DNA from: a virus
Length of the DNA stretch: 23,258 nt
IMG/VR virus record: IMGVR_UViG_3300005713_000003
Span: 1-23,258 of that record
Strand: one strand, 5' to 3'
The translations under genes and the position numbers were made by a program. Of the stretch, positions 1-7,397 are shown in pieces (position 1 is the first letter of the stretch; every line of letters begins with the position of its first letter). The notes under the pieces are model-generated. The model did no database searches. It had not been told where the DNA came from and saw only the letters and a program-made list of their open reading frames with translations.

Positions 1-30
1 TCCGCATGGTTTGCCGTCCTTTCGAGTGAA
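1..30. repeat. Terminal direct repeat, copy 1 (30 bp, identical to 23229..23258); signature of a circular genome or assembly overlap
   Basis: The string tccgcatggtttgccgtcctttcgagtgaa occurs at both extreme ends of the window. The minus-strand gene starting at 23235 has its start codon inside the repeat. Its RBS and promoter would lie across the junction. Confidence 0.95.
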
Positions 31-141
31 GTGAGTTTGCGCAGGCCTTCGAGCTTTGGTAAAGGGGGGTGGAGCCGGGGCGGTGGTGAGGCCGAAACAC
101 TGGTGTTAGTGGCCATCGTTTCCGGCGAGCTCTTATCGGTT

Positions 142-198
142 GCCGCACCTGGGGCTGGGGCGCTCCCCCCGCGCTACCCTTCACTCCCCAGGTGCGGC
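142..198. repeat. Perfect 13-bp inverted repeat (GCCGCACCTGGGG / CCCCAGGTGCGGC) with a 31-nt loop; candidate origin or regulatory hairpin
   Basis: Arms at 142..154 and 186..198 are exact reverse complements. The loop contains a nested GGGG-CGCT-CCCC mini-hairpin. It lies in a region without a convincing ORF. Confidence 0.6.
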
Positions 199-373
199 GT
201 ACCGACCATTGACGGTTCCGTTTCGAGTCGCTGAAGTGGTCTGGTGTAGGTGGATGCGAAAAGGCCGAAGCTGTTTGCCGAAGGGGCGCCGGCTTCGCCG
301 CGAGCACCACGATCAGCGGCTACGTTTCCTGCGTTCGAAGCCGCCGGGCCACCTAGCGATCATTCCGCGCCGC

Positions 374-547
374 ATGCCGTGGCACTTGCGCGACGCGGTG
401 ATCGAGGCGGCAACGCCGGCGCGCCGCGCGCGTCTCGAGCGGCGCCGGGCCCGCGCGTTGTTGCTGGGGGCGCTTCGCCTTCGGATCGCGTTGCTGGAAG
501 CTATCCCGGAATGCGCGTCGTCTCTCTGGTTGTACGGTGTGCCGTGA
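374..547 (+). CDS. Possible small, highly basic protein (57 aa; could extend to the ATG at 254); weak resemblance to ribbon-helix-helix regulators
   Basis: This is a sub-ORF of track ORF 140..547. It has very high third-position GC (about 84% by hand count), higher than the other frames here. There is no clear SD. The RHH resemblance (LAIIPRRMPWHLRDAVIEAA) is weak. Confidence 0.25.
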   Translation: MPWHLRDAVIEAATPARRARLERRRARALLLGALRLRIALLEAIPECASSLWLYGVP

Positions 548-718
548 TGGTGCACCCTGGGGCAACCGTGCCGGAGTGCTGAGCGGCGCTGGCCTGGGGA
601 GCAAGCGCGCAAAGTCTCCCGGGTTTCCCGCCAGCGTTCCGGGCGGTCGTTAATCGCCCCCTGCCTTCGTTGACGCGCCCCCAGCGCGCGTGTCGCGCCG
701 GTACCCCCCAGGGGTGAC

Positions 719-793
719 CCCCTCCCCTCCCCCGTGCCTCAGCGCGTCGCTGGCGCGCGGCAATCGGCATTGGGCGCCGGGGGAGGGGAGGGG
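719..793. repeat. 15-bp perfect G/C-tract inverted repeat (CCCCTCCCCTCCCCC ... GGGGGAGGGGAGGGG) with a 45-nt loop; G-quadruplex-capable on both strands
   Basis: 719..733 pairs perfectly with 779..793. Four or more G-runs occur at 772..793 on the + strand, and C-runs at 705..733 give G-runs on the - strand. It sits about 130 bp upstream of the first structural-operon gene. Confidence 0.7.
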
Positions 794-829
794 CCCTTGC
801 GTGGTGACCCATTCGTGGCCACTGATCGC

Positions 830-858
830 TTGACCCCTATCCGCAAGCGGTTCAATAT
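830..858 (+). promoter_or_regulatory. Candidate sigma70-like promoter for the + strand operon (TTGACC-N17-CAATAT)
   Basis: The -35 TTGACC is at 830..835 and the -10-like CAATAT at 853..858, with a 17-bp spacer. This is a locally AT-rich patch in a GC-rich intergenic region, about 60 bp upstream of the ATG at 922. Confidence 0.35.
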
Positions 859-921
859 CTGGTTACGTAAGCGCCGGACCCGGCACACGGGGGCGCTCTT
901 CCAACCGGAGCAACACCGCCC

Positions 922-1263
922 ATGGCCGATCAGGTTTCGTCGATCAGCACCGCACGCCAGTCAATCGAGCGCCTTCGTTCCCGTCTCGCGACCATGCGCG
1001 ATGAAGCAAAGTTGGCGGCAAAGACAGGTACGACGGCAGTCATCACGATCGGTGGCGGCGTTGCCGCCGGCGCGATCGCCTCGAAGATGCCCTATCTGCC
1101 CGGAACGCAGGTGCCCACCGCTGGCGCGATCGGCGCGGCGCTGATCACCGCGGCCATGACGGGCATGCTGGACGAGCACGGCGAGCAAGTGAGCGCCTTC
1201 GGTGCGGGCATGCTCGCGGCCATCGCGGCGCGCGAGACGGAAAAGGTCCTCGCGGCGGCCTGA
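922..1263 (+). CDS. Small multi-pass membrane protein (113 aa), function unknown
   Basis: ATG ORF with a charged N-terminal helix followed by Gly/Ala-rich hydrophobic segments (TAVITIGGGVAAGAIA, AGAIGAALITAAMTG, FGAGMLAAIAA). Third-position GC is high. Confidence 0.7.
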   Translation: MADQVSSISTARQSIERLRSRLATMRDEAKLAAKTGTTAVITIGGGVAAGAIASKMPYLPGTQVPTAGAIGAALITAAMTGMLDEHGEQVSAFGAGMLAAIAARETEKVLAAA

Positions 1264-1439
1264 GGTTTCGGGGCTGGCCGCGAAGTGAGGCGCGGCACGC
1301 CCTGGCTAATTTTCGCTGCCTGCGTGGGAGCGCCGGTTATGAGACGGCGCCGCCCGCCTGCGTGGCCCAAACGGCTGGTTGTCGCGTAGCGGTCGGTTCC
1401 GCCCACGTGCTGCCCGCGCATCGCCTTTCGAGGTGAAAA

Positions 1440-2090
1440 ATGGGTCTCTATTTTGGTGGTCCGGATGAAGCGGACTTCGGCAACGGCAGGCCTCCCGTGT
1501 GGGGTCAGCCTGGCTTGGCAGTCTATGCCCAGCCGCAATTCGGCAGCCCGGGGCCGGTAGTTTGGGGTCAGCCCAACGCCGGGTATCGCGGTGCGGCCTT
1601 CGGTGCGGATTACGAGATCATCGGCGCGTACGAGATTCTCGGTGACCCCACCTCGAGCCCTGCAAAGCAGGCGCTTGCACAGTCGATCATCGCGGCGAAG
1701 CAACTCGGTGGCAAGGCAGTGCTTCAGACGGCTCCTCGTCGGGAGTACTCCCAGGTTCTCCCGTGCACGTCGCTTGCCGTCACGACCGCTGACCCGGTGC
1801 GTGATATCGAGTTGAAGCCTCAGCGTCCGTTCCGCCCGGAGAAATTCCGCGCGAGCTCGACGCATACGGCGCCGTTTTTCGTGATCACCGCCTACTCGAT
1901 CGGTCAGGACAACCAGTTTGTCGGGCCCGGCTCGATCCCGGTGGACCTGTTCTCCGAGGTGGCTTTGTACTCTCAGATCGAGGCGTACACGGCCAACCTG
2001 GGTAACCTGATCACGATGACCGTCCAGAACATCGACGATGAAACGCGCGACTTCCGCGCGGCTTTCTTCGGCACGTCGCTGGGCAACTGA
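1440..2090 (+). CDS. Beta-rich structural protein candidate (216 aa); possible jelly-roll capsid or vertex protein
   Basis: A strong SD (AGGTG at 1431..1435) lies 4 nt before the ATG. The N-terminus is Gly/Pro-rich with a repeated VWGQP motif. The C-terminal ~120 aa alternates hydrophobic and polar residues as in beta sandwiches (FFVITAYSIGQDNQF...GNLITMTVQNIDD...AAFFGTSLGN). Confidence 0.75.
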   Translation: MGLYFGGPDEADFGNGRPPVWGQPGLAVYAQPQFGSPGPVVWGQPNAGYRGAAFGADYEIIGAYEILGDPTSSPAKQALAQSIIAAKQLGGKAVLQTAPRREYSQVLPCTSLAVTTADPVRDIELKPQRPFRPEKFRASSTHTAPFFVITAYSIGQDNQFVGPGSIPVDLFSEVALYSQIEAYTANLGNLITMTVQNIDDETRDFRAAFFGTSLGN

Positions 2091-2154
2091 TCGGCGGTTT
2101 GGGCAACGGCCGGGGGCGACTTCCAGCGCTCCCGGCCTTCACTCGAGAGAGTCT

Positions 2155-2589
2155 GTGCGTGCAATCGTTTCTTTGGTCGGTGTCGACGATGATGGTGTGC
2201 TGGCTGGCTTTGCTGAGCGCATTTTGGAGGTGGTGGTGGACAACAACCGCTATCTCATGCGGCGCAACCCCGGGAAGGTGCCACCCATCTATCAGAGCGG
2301 CGTTCGGTTTCGTCCCGAGCCGTGGGCGGGCCCAAACCCCGCTACTCCGCCGATCGAGCAATTCTGCCCGTACCCTGAGCTCATTGCTCGCGGTTGGGCT
2401 GACTGCGCGCAGCTATGCCCATGGGTGGTGGCTGAGGCCCGCGAGCACGGAGACCTGGGGGCTCGGCTTCGCTTCTACTGCCGCACGCAGGGTGACCCGC
2501 GCGATCCGGAGCGCCGGCGCTTCTATCACGTCGAGACGCGAGACGGTCGTGGTCGTATTTGGGACCCGTCGAGGCTTTTGGACTTTTGA
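2155..2589 (+). CDS. Transglutaminase/papain-fold cysteine peptidase-like protein (about 144 aa)
   Basis: The Cys-His-Asp arrangement is typical of transglutaminase-like cores: GWADCAQLCPWVVAEAREHG ... FYHVETRDGRGRIWDPS. The start is set to GTG 2155 because the upstream part of track ORF 2038.. overlaps the preceding gene. The exact start is uncertain. Confidence 0.6.
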   Translation: MRAIVSLVGVDDDGVLAGFAERILEVVVDNNRYLMRRNPGKVPPIYQSGVRFRPEPWAGPNPATPPIEQFCPYPELIARGWADCAQLCPWVVAEAREHGDLGARLRFYCRTQGDPRDPERRRFYHVETRDGRGRIWDPSRLLDF

Positions 2590-2677
2590 GGCGGCGCTTG
2601 CCGTCACTCTGATCGGCTCGTCCGCGCTGGGGCAGTGGCTCGAGGCGCGTGGGGTCGGCAACATCATTAGAGGATCC

Positions 2678-3040
2678 ATGGGAGCACTGTTCGGCTTGGG
2701 AGTGGCGGCGTTGGCGTGGTGGTGGCTCGGTCGCCACTACCCGGAAGGCGAAGGACCCTTCGATCATCTCCCCTCAGGGGTGACGAAAGGCACGCGGTCA
2801 GCGCCGTCGCGAGTTAAGGCCTCGAGCGGTCGTTCTTACGATACCTACACCTGGCCACCTGATTCGAGCGGACGTCAGTTTCATGTGGCGGAGCGCCCCG
2901 GCGCTGGTGCATGGATCTCGTATTGGGTCGATCGTGCCACGGGGGCTCGATCGCTTCACATGACGCGAACGCCGTTCGCGATGGGCTCCGCTTCAGACCT
3001 GTCTGAGGTGGCCGCACTCCGGAAGGACTTCGGAGCATGA
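2678..3040 (+). CDS. Small membrane protein (120 aa; alternative GTG start at 2549 would add a second TM helix)
   Basis: GAGGA lies just upstream of the ATG at 2678. There is an N-terminal TM segment (GALFGLGVAALAWWWLG). The stop overlaps the next start (ATGA at 3037..3040). The 5' part of track ORF 2099..3040 overlaps the previous gene and was discarded. Confidence 0.55.
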   Translation: MGALFGLGVAALAWWWLGRHYPEGEGPFDHLPSGVTKGTRSAPSRVKASSGRSYDTYTWPPDSSGRQFHVAERPGAGAWISYWVDRATGARSLHMTRTPFAMGSASDLSEVAALRKDFGA

Positions 3041-4542
3041 ATCCACTGGTTATCGGCGCTGGGGGCGCTGCGTTGTTGCTACTTCTCACGAGCAAGTCGA
3101 AGGCCTCGACGCCTTCGGCTCCCTCGACGCCTTCGGTTCCCGGTGCCCAGCCGCCCGGGAGCGTCGTCACGCCAACGGGGGCGGGCAGCGTCGCTGAGCG
3201 CGTTGCAAACGTGCTCGCCACTCAGGACCCGAACGCGATCCGCTTCGAGGCGGGTCGGCTCCGACAGGAAGGCTTCACCGCGCAAGCCGCTCAGCTCGAA
3301 GCCGTTGCGGCTCAGCTCGAGGCTCAGATCGCAGCGGGTCAGCGGCCACCCCCCGTGTACGTTCCACCGCCGGTGGTGACGGCGCCGCCGGTGACGACGC
3401 CGCCGATCGTCGTGCCAACGGCGCCCCCGATCGTGATCGTCTCGCCGGGCTTGCCGCCGGGCACCGTCACGTCCCCTGGGGTGCCTCAGCCGCCCGCCTC
3501 GACGATTCCCCAGCCGTTCCAGCCGTGGATCGACGGGGTGCCTCCCGAGCTCCAGAAGGTCGTCCTTCGGAAGGTGGCGGCGCCGGCGCCGTTCGATCCC
3601 AAGGTCCTGTTGTTGCAGGCCCGCTTGCTCGATCTGGGTTACAGCGTCGGCTCGAACGGCACGGACGGCAAGTTTGGAGCCGACACGGAGAAGGCGGTGA
3701 AGGCGTTCCAGAAGGCCAACAACCTGCCTCAGGACGGCATTGCCGGCGCCCTGACGATCGCTCGGATGGCTCAGCCCAGCGCGAAGCGCGGCCCGGGTGC
3801 GCCGCTGGTGACGGTTCCGACCGCGCCGCCACCTGCCTCGACGCTGCCCGCGCCGGGGCCATGGATCCAGGGGGTGCCCGCGGAGCTCCAGGGCGTGTTG
3901 CTGGTGAAGGTGTCACCGGCGCCGGTGGATCCGCGCGTCACCATTCTGCAGACCCGTCTCGCGGAGCTCGGGTACCTGAAGCCGGCCGACATTGATGGCA
4001 AGTTTGGGCCCACCACTGAGAAGGCGGTGAAGGCCTTCCAGACGAACGCGAAGCTGAAGCCGATCGATGGCAAGGTCGGGCCCGCCACGCTCGCGGCGCT
4101 CGCCGGCGCCGGCGCGGTGCGCATGCAGGGTGATGAAGCCTTCGGGTTCGACCCGGGTTTCGACCGGGCGCCACCGGAGCCCATCGCGGGCACCCCGCTC
4201 CCGGGGGTGATTCCGCCGATGGTTCCGAACAGCCCGGAGCCGCGCAAGGCGCTCGCGGCGCGCGTCGCGCTGATGCTGTTTGGCGCTCCGCCGGGGCAGG
4301 AAAACAAGACGCTGATCGCTGCCTTCCAGGCTCAGGAAGGACTCAAGGCGAGCGGCTTCTACGGGCCTGCAACGGCGGAGGCGCTCGCGGAAAACTACGG
4401 GATTATCCCGCCGAAGCCGCTCTATTGGAGCAAAAAGCACCAAACGAAGGCAAAGCAGGCCTACCGCGCGCGCTTGCTCGCCTTCGTGCCGGATGACCCC
4501 CAGCGCGCCGAAGAGTGGCAGCAGGCGGCGAAGGGCCTATGA
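3037..4542 (+). CDS. Membrane-anchored peptidoglycan-binding protein with two PG_binding_1 repeats and Pro-rich linkers (501 aa)
   Basis: There is an N-terminal hydrophobic anchor (VIGAGGAALLLLLT). Two clear PG_binding_1-type repeats are present (LLQARLLDLGYSVGSNGTDGKFGADTEKAVKAFQKANNLPQDGIAG and ILQTRLAELGYLKPADIDGKFGPTTEKAVKAFQTNAKLKPIDGKVG), plus a degenerate third (FQAQEGLKASGFYGPATAEAL). The internal ~100-aa tandem duplication is also visible at the nucleotide level. Confidence 0.85.
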   Translation: MNPLVIGAGGAALLLLLTSKSKASTPSAPSTPSVPGAQPPGSVVTPTGAGSVAERVANVLATQDPNAIRFEAGRLRQEGFTAQAAQLEAVAAQLEAQIAAGQRPPPVYVPPPVVTAPPVTTPPIVVPTAPPIVIVSPGLPPGTVTSPGVPQPPASTIPQPFQPWIDGVPPELQKVVLRKVAAPAPFDPKVLLLQARLLDLGYSVGSNGTDGKFGADTEKAVKAFQKANNLPQDGIAGALTIARMAQPSAKRGPGAPLVTVPTAPPPASTLPAPGPWIQGVPAELQGVLLVKVSPAPVDPRVTILQTRLAELGYLKPADIDGKFGPTTEKAVKAFQTNAKLKPIDGKVGPATLAALAGAGAVRMQGDEAFGFDPGFDRAPPEPIAGTPLPGVIPPMVPNSPEPRKALAARVALMLFGAPPGQENKTLIAAFQAQEGLKASGFYGPATAEALAENYGIIPPKPLYWSKKHQTKAKQAYRARLLAFVPDDPQRAEEWQQAAKGL

Positions 4543-4811
4543 CCTGGGGCTTTCCCGTCAACGCCGAGCTCGCGGCGGCCTGGCAACACACCTGGGAGCG
4601 AAAGTATCGCCCCCGGTGGGTGCAGGTCGGGAGCAAGTTCTATCCGCAAGGCGTGGCGCGAGCGTTGCCGCCTGCGCCCGACCCGCGCGCGCTCGAGCGG
4701 CTAGCGAAGGACGCGGATCGCACCGCGCGTAGGAACGCGCGCATCATGCGCCGGCGCGCAGCGGCGCGAGAGTGCATGCGACGGCTTCGAGCCGAAAGGG
4801 CTGGACAATGA
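4539..4811 (+). CDS. Hypothetical basic protein (90 aa)
   Basis: ATGA overlaps occur at both ends (4539..4542 and 4808..4811), indicating translational coupling with its neighbours. The C-terminus is Arg-rich and helical. Confidence 0.65.
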   Translation: MTWGFPVNAELAAAWQHTWERKYRPRWVQVGSKFYPQGVARALPPAPDPRALERLAKDADRTARRNARIMRRRAAARECMRRLRAERAGQ

Positions 4812-6205
4812 CGGCTCAGGACGATTTCGACACGGCAGCGGCGTTCGGTGACTCGGGCGAGATGGCCTCGATCTGGGGTGCGGCGAGCGTTGCTCAGACG
4901 GGCAACTTTCTCGAAGCGACGCGCGTTCCGCTCGCGGCTCCGAAGGCGCTGGCGCCGGTGAAGGCCGTTCAGATCAGCACGGCCGCGAAGCTTCCAACCG
5001 TCAACGTCTCCACCTCGAAGGGAGCAACGAAGGCGCCAGCGATCGCAGTGCCAACGAAGCCAGCCGCGGCGAAGGCGCCGGCGGCGCCGGCGAAGGCCGC
5101 GCCGGCGCCGGCCTCGACGAAACCAGCCATCACCGCCGGCGGTCTTCTGTCGGGTGTGCAGGCGGGCATTTCGAACGCCGTCACTACGGCATTGAATGCC
5201 GGAACGGGTGGCTTCGCTCCCAATACGATCCCGCCTGGGGTCAAGCTCGACGTGTTCTCGCTCAACCTGCTGAATACCGTTCCGGGTGCGCGGGTCGTGA
5301 TGTCGAAGGACGGGAAGTATTCGGTGGAGACCCCGAAGGCGGCGCCGGCGCCGGCCGGCACGAAGCCGACGCTGACCGATGCCGAGCGAGCCGCGAACGC
5401 TGAAGCGATCAGGCAAGCCGCGAACCGCACGGCCAACATCAACGCCGCGCCGGGTGGCTACAGCGATCAGCGCACGGATGCGCACGCGCGCGCGGTGGCG
5501 CTCAACAACCTGATCGCCGAAGGGCCAGCGGGCAAGGCGGGAACGGACCTGGATCAATTCATCATGGGAGGCAAGGTCCTGGCCGCCGGCGCTGCCATCA
5601 TCGCGTCGGGTGGAACGGCGGCAGGCGGGCTCGGACTCACGGCTGGCGCGGGCTCGCTCGCCGCGGCGGCCAGCGCCGATCGGTTGCTGAGCGCGATCGA
5701 GACGGGTGGTGCGATCGGCAAGCAAGCGACGGCCGTCCTGAACGAAGCGAAGGCAGCCGCGGCGAAGGGCGATGCGATCGCGAAGACGGCGCTCGACGTG
5801 GTGGCGGACGTGAGTGCCGACCGCATCGCGGCGAAGGTGCCCGCTGGTGTCAAGCAAGTCCTGAGCGTCAACGCGAAGGATGCGCTCGCGACCGTGGCGA
5901 GCATGCCGGCGGTGACGACCGCGCTGGCCGCGGCCAATGCTTCGAGCGGCGGCTACATGACGACGCCGCTCACCACGAAGCCCCATGCGACGGCTCCCGT
6001 CGTCAACCAAGCCACGAAGCAAATTCTTGCAACCGTCCAGGTGCCTCGCGCGCTTTGGCTGGTGTCGAACGCGGGAGGCATCACGAGCCTCACGCAGACC
6101 CCCAATGCGGCATGGTCGGGCGGCTTCGTGGTCTTCTCTTCGGGACTCGTGATGCGGCAGACAGCCGAAGCCGCGGCGCTCGCCGCAAAAGGCGTGGCAG
6201 CGTGA
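4808..6205 (+). CDS. Ala/Lys/Pro-rich low-complexity protein with a Gly/Ala-rich hydrophobic segment (465 aa); structural or DNA-delivery candidate
   Basis: The start is set to the ATG at 4808 (ATGA overlap). Repeats of KPAAAKAPAAPAKAAPAPASTKPA type occur near the N-terminus. A hydrophobic stretch (VLAAGAAIIASGGTAAGGLGLTAGAGSLAAAA) is present. Third-position GC is high. No catalytic motif was recognised. Confidence 0.75.
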   Translation: MTAQDDFDTAAAFGDSGEMASIWGAASVAQTGNFLEATRVPLAAPKALAPVKAVQISTAAKLPTVNVSTSKGATKAPAIAVPTKPAAAKAPAAPAKAAPAPASTKPAITAGGLLSGVQAGISNAVTTALNAGTGGFAPNTIPPGVKLDVFSLNLLNTVPGARVVMSKDGKYSVETPKAAPAPAGTKPTLTDAERAANAEAIRQAANRTANINAAPGGYSDQRTDAHARAVALNNLIAEGPAGKAGTDLDQFIMGGKVLAAGAAIIASGGTAAGGLGLTAGAGSLAAAASADRLLSAIETGGAIGKQATAVLNEAKAAAAKGDAIAKTALDVVADVSADRIAAKVPAGVKQVLSVNAKDALATVASMPAVTTALAAANASSGGYMTTPLTTKPHATAPVVNQATKQILATVQVPRALWLVSNAGGITSLTQTPNAAWSGGFVVFSSGLVMRQTAEAAALAAKGVAA

Positions 6206-6558
6206 TCTATCTCGCTGCGATTATGGCGGCGCTCGCCGGGTGGGCGCTCAAGGGGGTGTTGCCGAGTGACCCCAGCGCCGTCACGCGCGGCACGGCTACG
6301 CTGGTGCCCGGTGACACCTACCGGCTCACCTATCGCGGCGACTTCAATCTCGAAGCGAGCCCGTCGGCTCAGGCGGACGTGCGCTTCGAGCTGATCAGCC
6401 ATTCGGCTTTCGATATCGCCTTCGATGGATCGGACGTGAGCTTCACGATTCGCGCGCCTGAGCCGCGGTCGTTGCCGATCGGTAGCTCGCTCGAGGCCAC
6501 GGGGGCCATGACTAGTTTCGGAGCCAGTCTTCGGCTGGTGAAAGTGAAGGCGTTGTGA
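6202..6558 (+). CDS. Small protein with an N-terminal TM/signal segment and a beta-rich domain (118 aa)
   Basis: GTGA overlaps occur at both ends (6202..6205 and 6555..6558). The N-terminus is IYLAAIMAALAGWALKGV. The upstream part of track ORF 6055.. overlaps the previous gene. Confidence 0.65.
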   Translation: MIYLAAIMAALAGWALKGVLPSDPSAVTRGTATLVPGDTYRLTYRGDFNLEASPSAQADVRFELISHSAFDIAFDGSDVSFTIRAPEPRSLPIGSSLEATGAMTSFGASLRLVKVKAL

Positions 6559-7385
6559 ACGACTGGCGAAACCGACCGCGCGTCTTCGAGCTCAATGGTG
6601 GATACCAGCCGGACCCGGTACCGGCTGGCTATGTCGAACCTCCCCAGGGTCGGCATGTCGTCGAGACGATCGAGCCTTCGCGTGGGTGGTGGACTCAGGC
6701 GGGTAAGTTCGGCTTTCGTGCTCAGTTGCAGGTCGATCAGATCGTCGAGGGGCTTCAGATCCCGCTCTTCGAAAACCTGGCGTTGCCGGGGCCGCCGGCG
6801 CCGTGGTGGGTTCAGTTTTTCCGCTTCGATCGGGCGCTCGACACGGAAGAGTCGTCTTCGCTCTTCGAGCTTCGTGGGCGCGTGCTCTATGGCGTGGGTG
6901 GTATCACCAACGTGATCGAGTGCGATGTGATGCAAGGCATTCAGCTCCCGATCGTGTGCAACTCGATCAACGTGTCGCTGGTGCCATACAACCCGCGGCC
7001 CTTCGATGAATTTACTCCGGGCCCGGTGACGGTGGGTGCGGTGATCGGAAAGGGTGGTGGCGCTGGCGCGTTGCCTCCTACGTACACCACGCCCTTCGAA
7101 CAGCAGGTCGGTGCAACGCCGCTGGTGATGACCGTTCCGCTGCCGGACTTCGCTCGATCGATCTGCCTGCACACGACTGAGCCTGACGCCAGCGCGCTCG
7201 CTGGCGCGACGCTCGCGTTTCTGTCGAGTGCTGCGATGAAGGTGATCGACGTGGGCGCCTGCTATCAGCTCTTGACTCAGGAAAAGGGCATCGCGATCCC
7301 AGCTGGCACGAATCAGGTGGTGCTGACGACCGTTGCCGGCACGGCCGGCGAAGTCTTCGGGCTGCAATTTTTCCTCGCATTCTGA
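6555..7385 (+). CDS. Beta-rich structural protein (276 aa); best candidate for the major capsid protein (possible double jelly-roll)
   Basis: GTG start coupled to the previous gene. It has no TM segments and many short alternating beta-like segments, ending in FGLQFFLAF. Its size is close to the ~270-aa double jelly-roll capsid protein of corticovirus PM2. The fold assignment is inference only. Confidence 0.8.
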   Translation: MNDWRNRPRVFELNGGYQPDPVPAGYVEPPQGRHVVETIEPSRGWWTQAGKFGFRAQLQVDQIVEGLQIPLFENLALPGPPAPWWVQFFRFDRALDTEESSSLFELRGRVLYGVGGITNVIECDVMQGIQLPIVCNSINVSLVPYNPRPFDEFTPGPVTVGAVIGKGGGAGALPPTYTTPFEQQVGATPLVMTVPLPDFARSICLHTTEPDASALAGATLAFLSSAAMKVIDVGACYQLLTQEKGIAIPAGTNQVVLTTVAGTAGEVFGLQFFLAF

Positions 7386-7397
7386 CCCCCCCTCACT

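Noticed and set aside
31-234. 67-aa ORF at the left end with a hydrophobic stretch
   Set aside because: Third-position GC is only about 64%, lower than in real genes here. It has no SD and spans the 13-bp inverted repeat. It is more likely non-coding control DNA.
2038-3040. Using the full-length track ORFs 2038..2589 and 2099..3040 as genes
   Set aside because: Their 5' portions overlap the preceding genes in other frames and are Arg/Ser-rich. Internal starts (2155; 2678 or 2549) give compact, non-overlapping, sensible proteins.
5515-5545. Walker-A-like AEGPAGKA in the Ala-rich protein (and AKQLGGKA in the 216-aa protein)
   Set aside because: The residue after GK is Ala rather than Ser or Thr. 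The context is low-complexity, and no Walker B or P-loop fold context is present.
4640-6022. 460-aa minus-strand ORF
   Set aside because: It is extremely Arg-rich and low in complexity. It lies exactly antisense to the + strand Ala-rich gene, which has good third-position GC and coupled starts and stops. This is a typical high-GC shadow ORF.
6369-7367. 332-aa minus-strand ORF, and similarly 10689..11603, 1092..1865, 7561..8349 and 9013..9522 on the minus strand
   Set aside because: All lie antisense to + strand genes that have recognisable domains or coupling. All have Arg/Ser-rich compositions typical of non-coding frames in GC-rich DNA.
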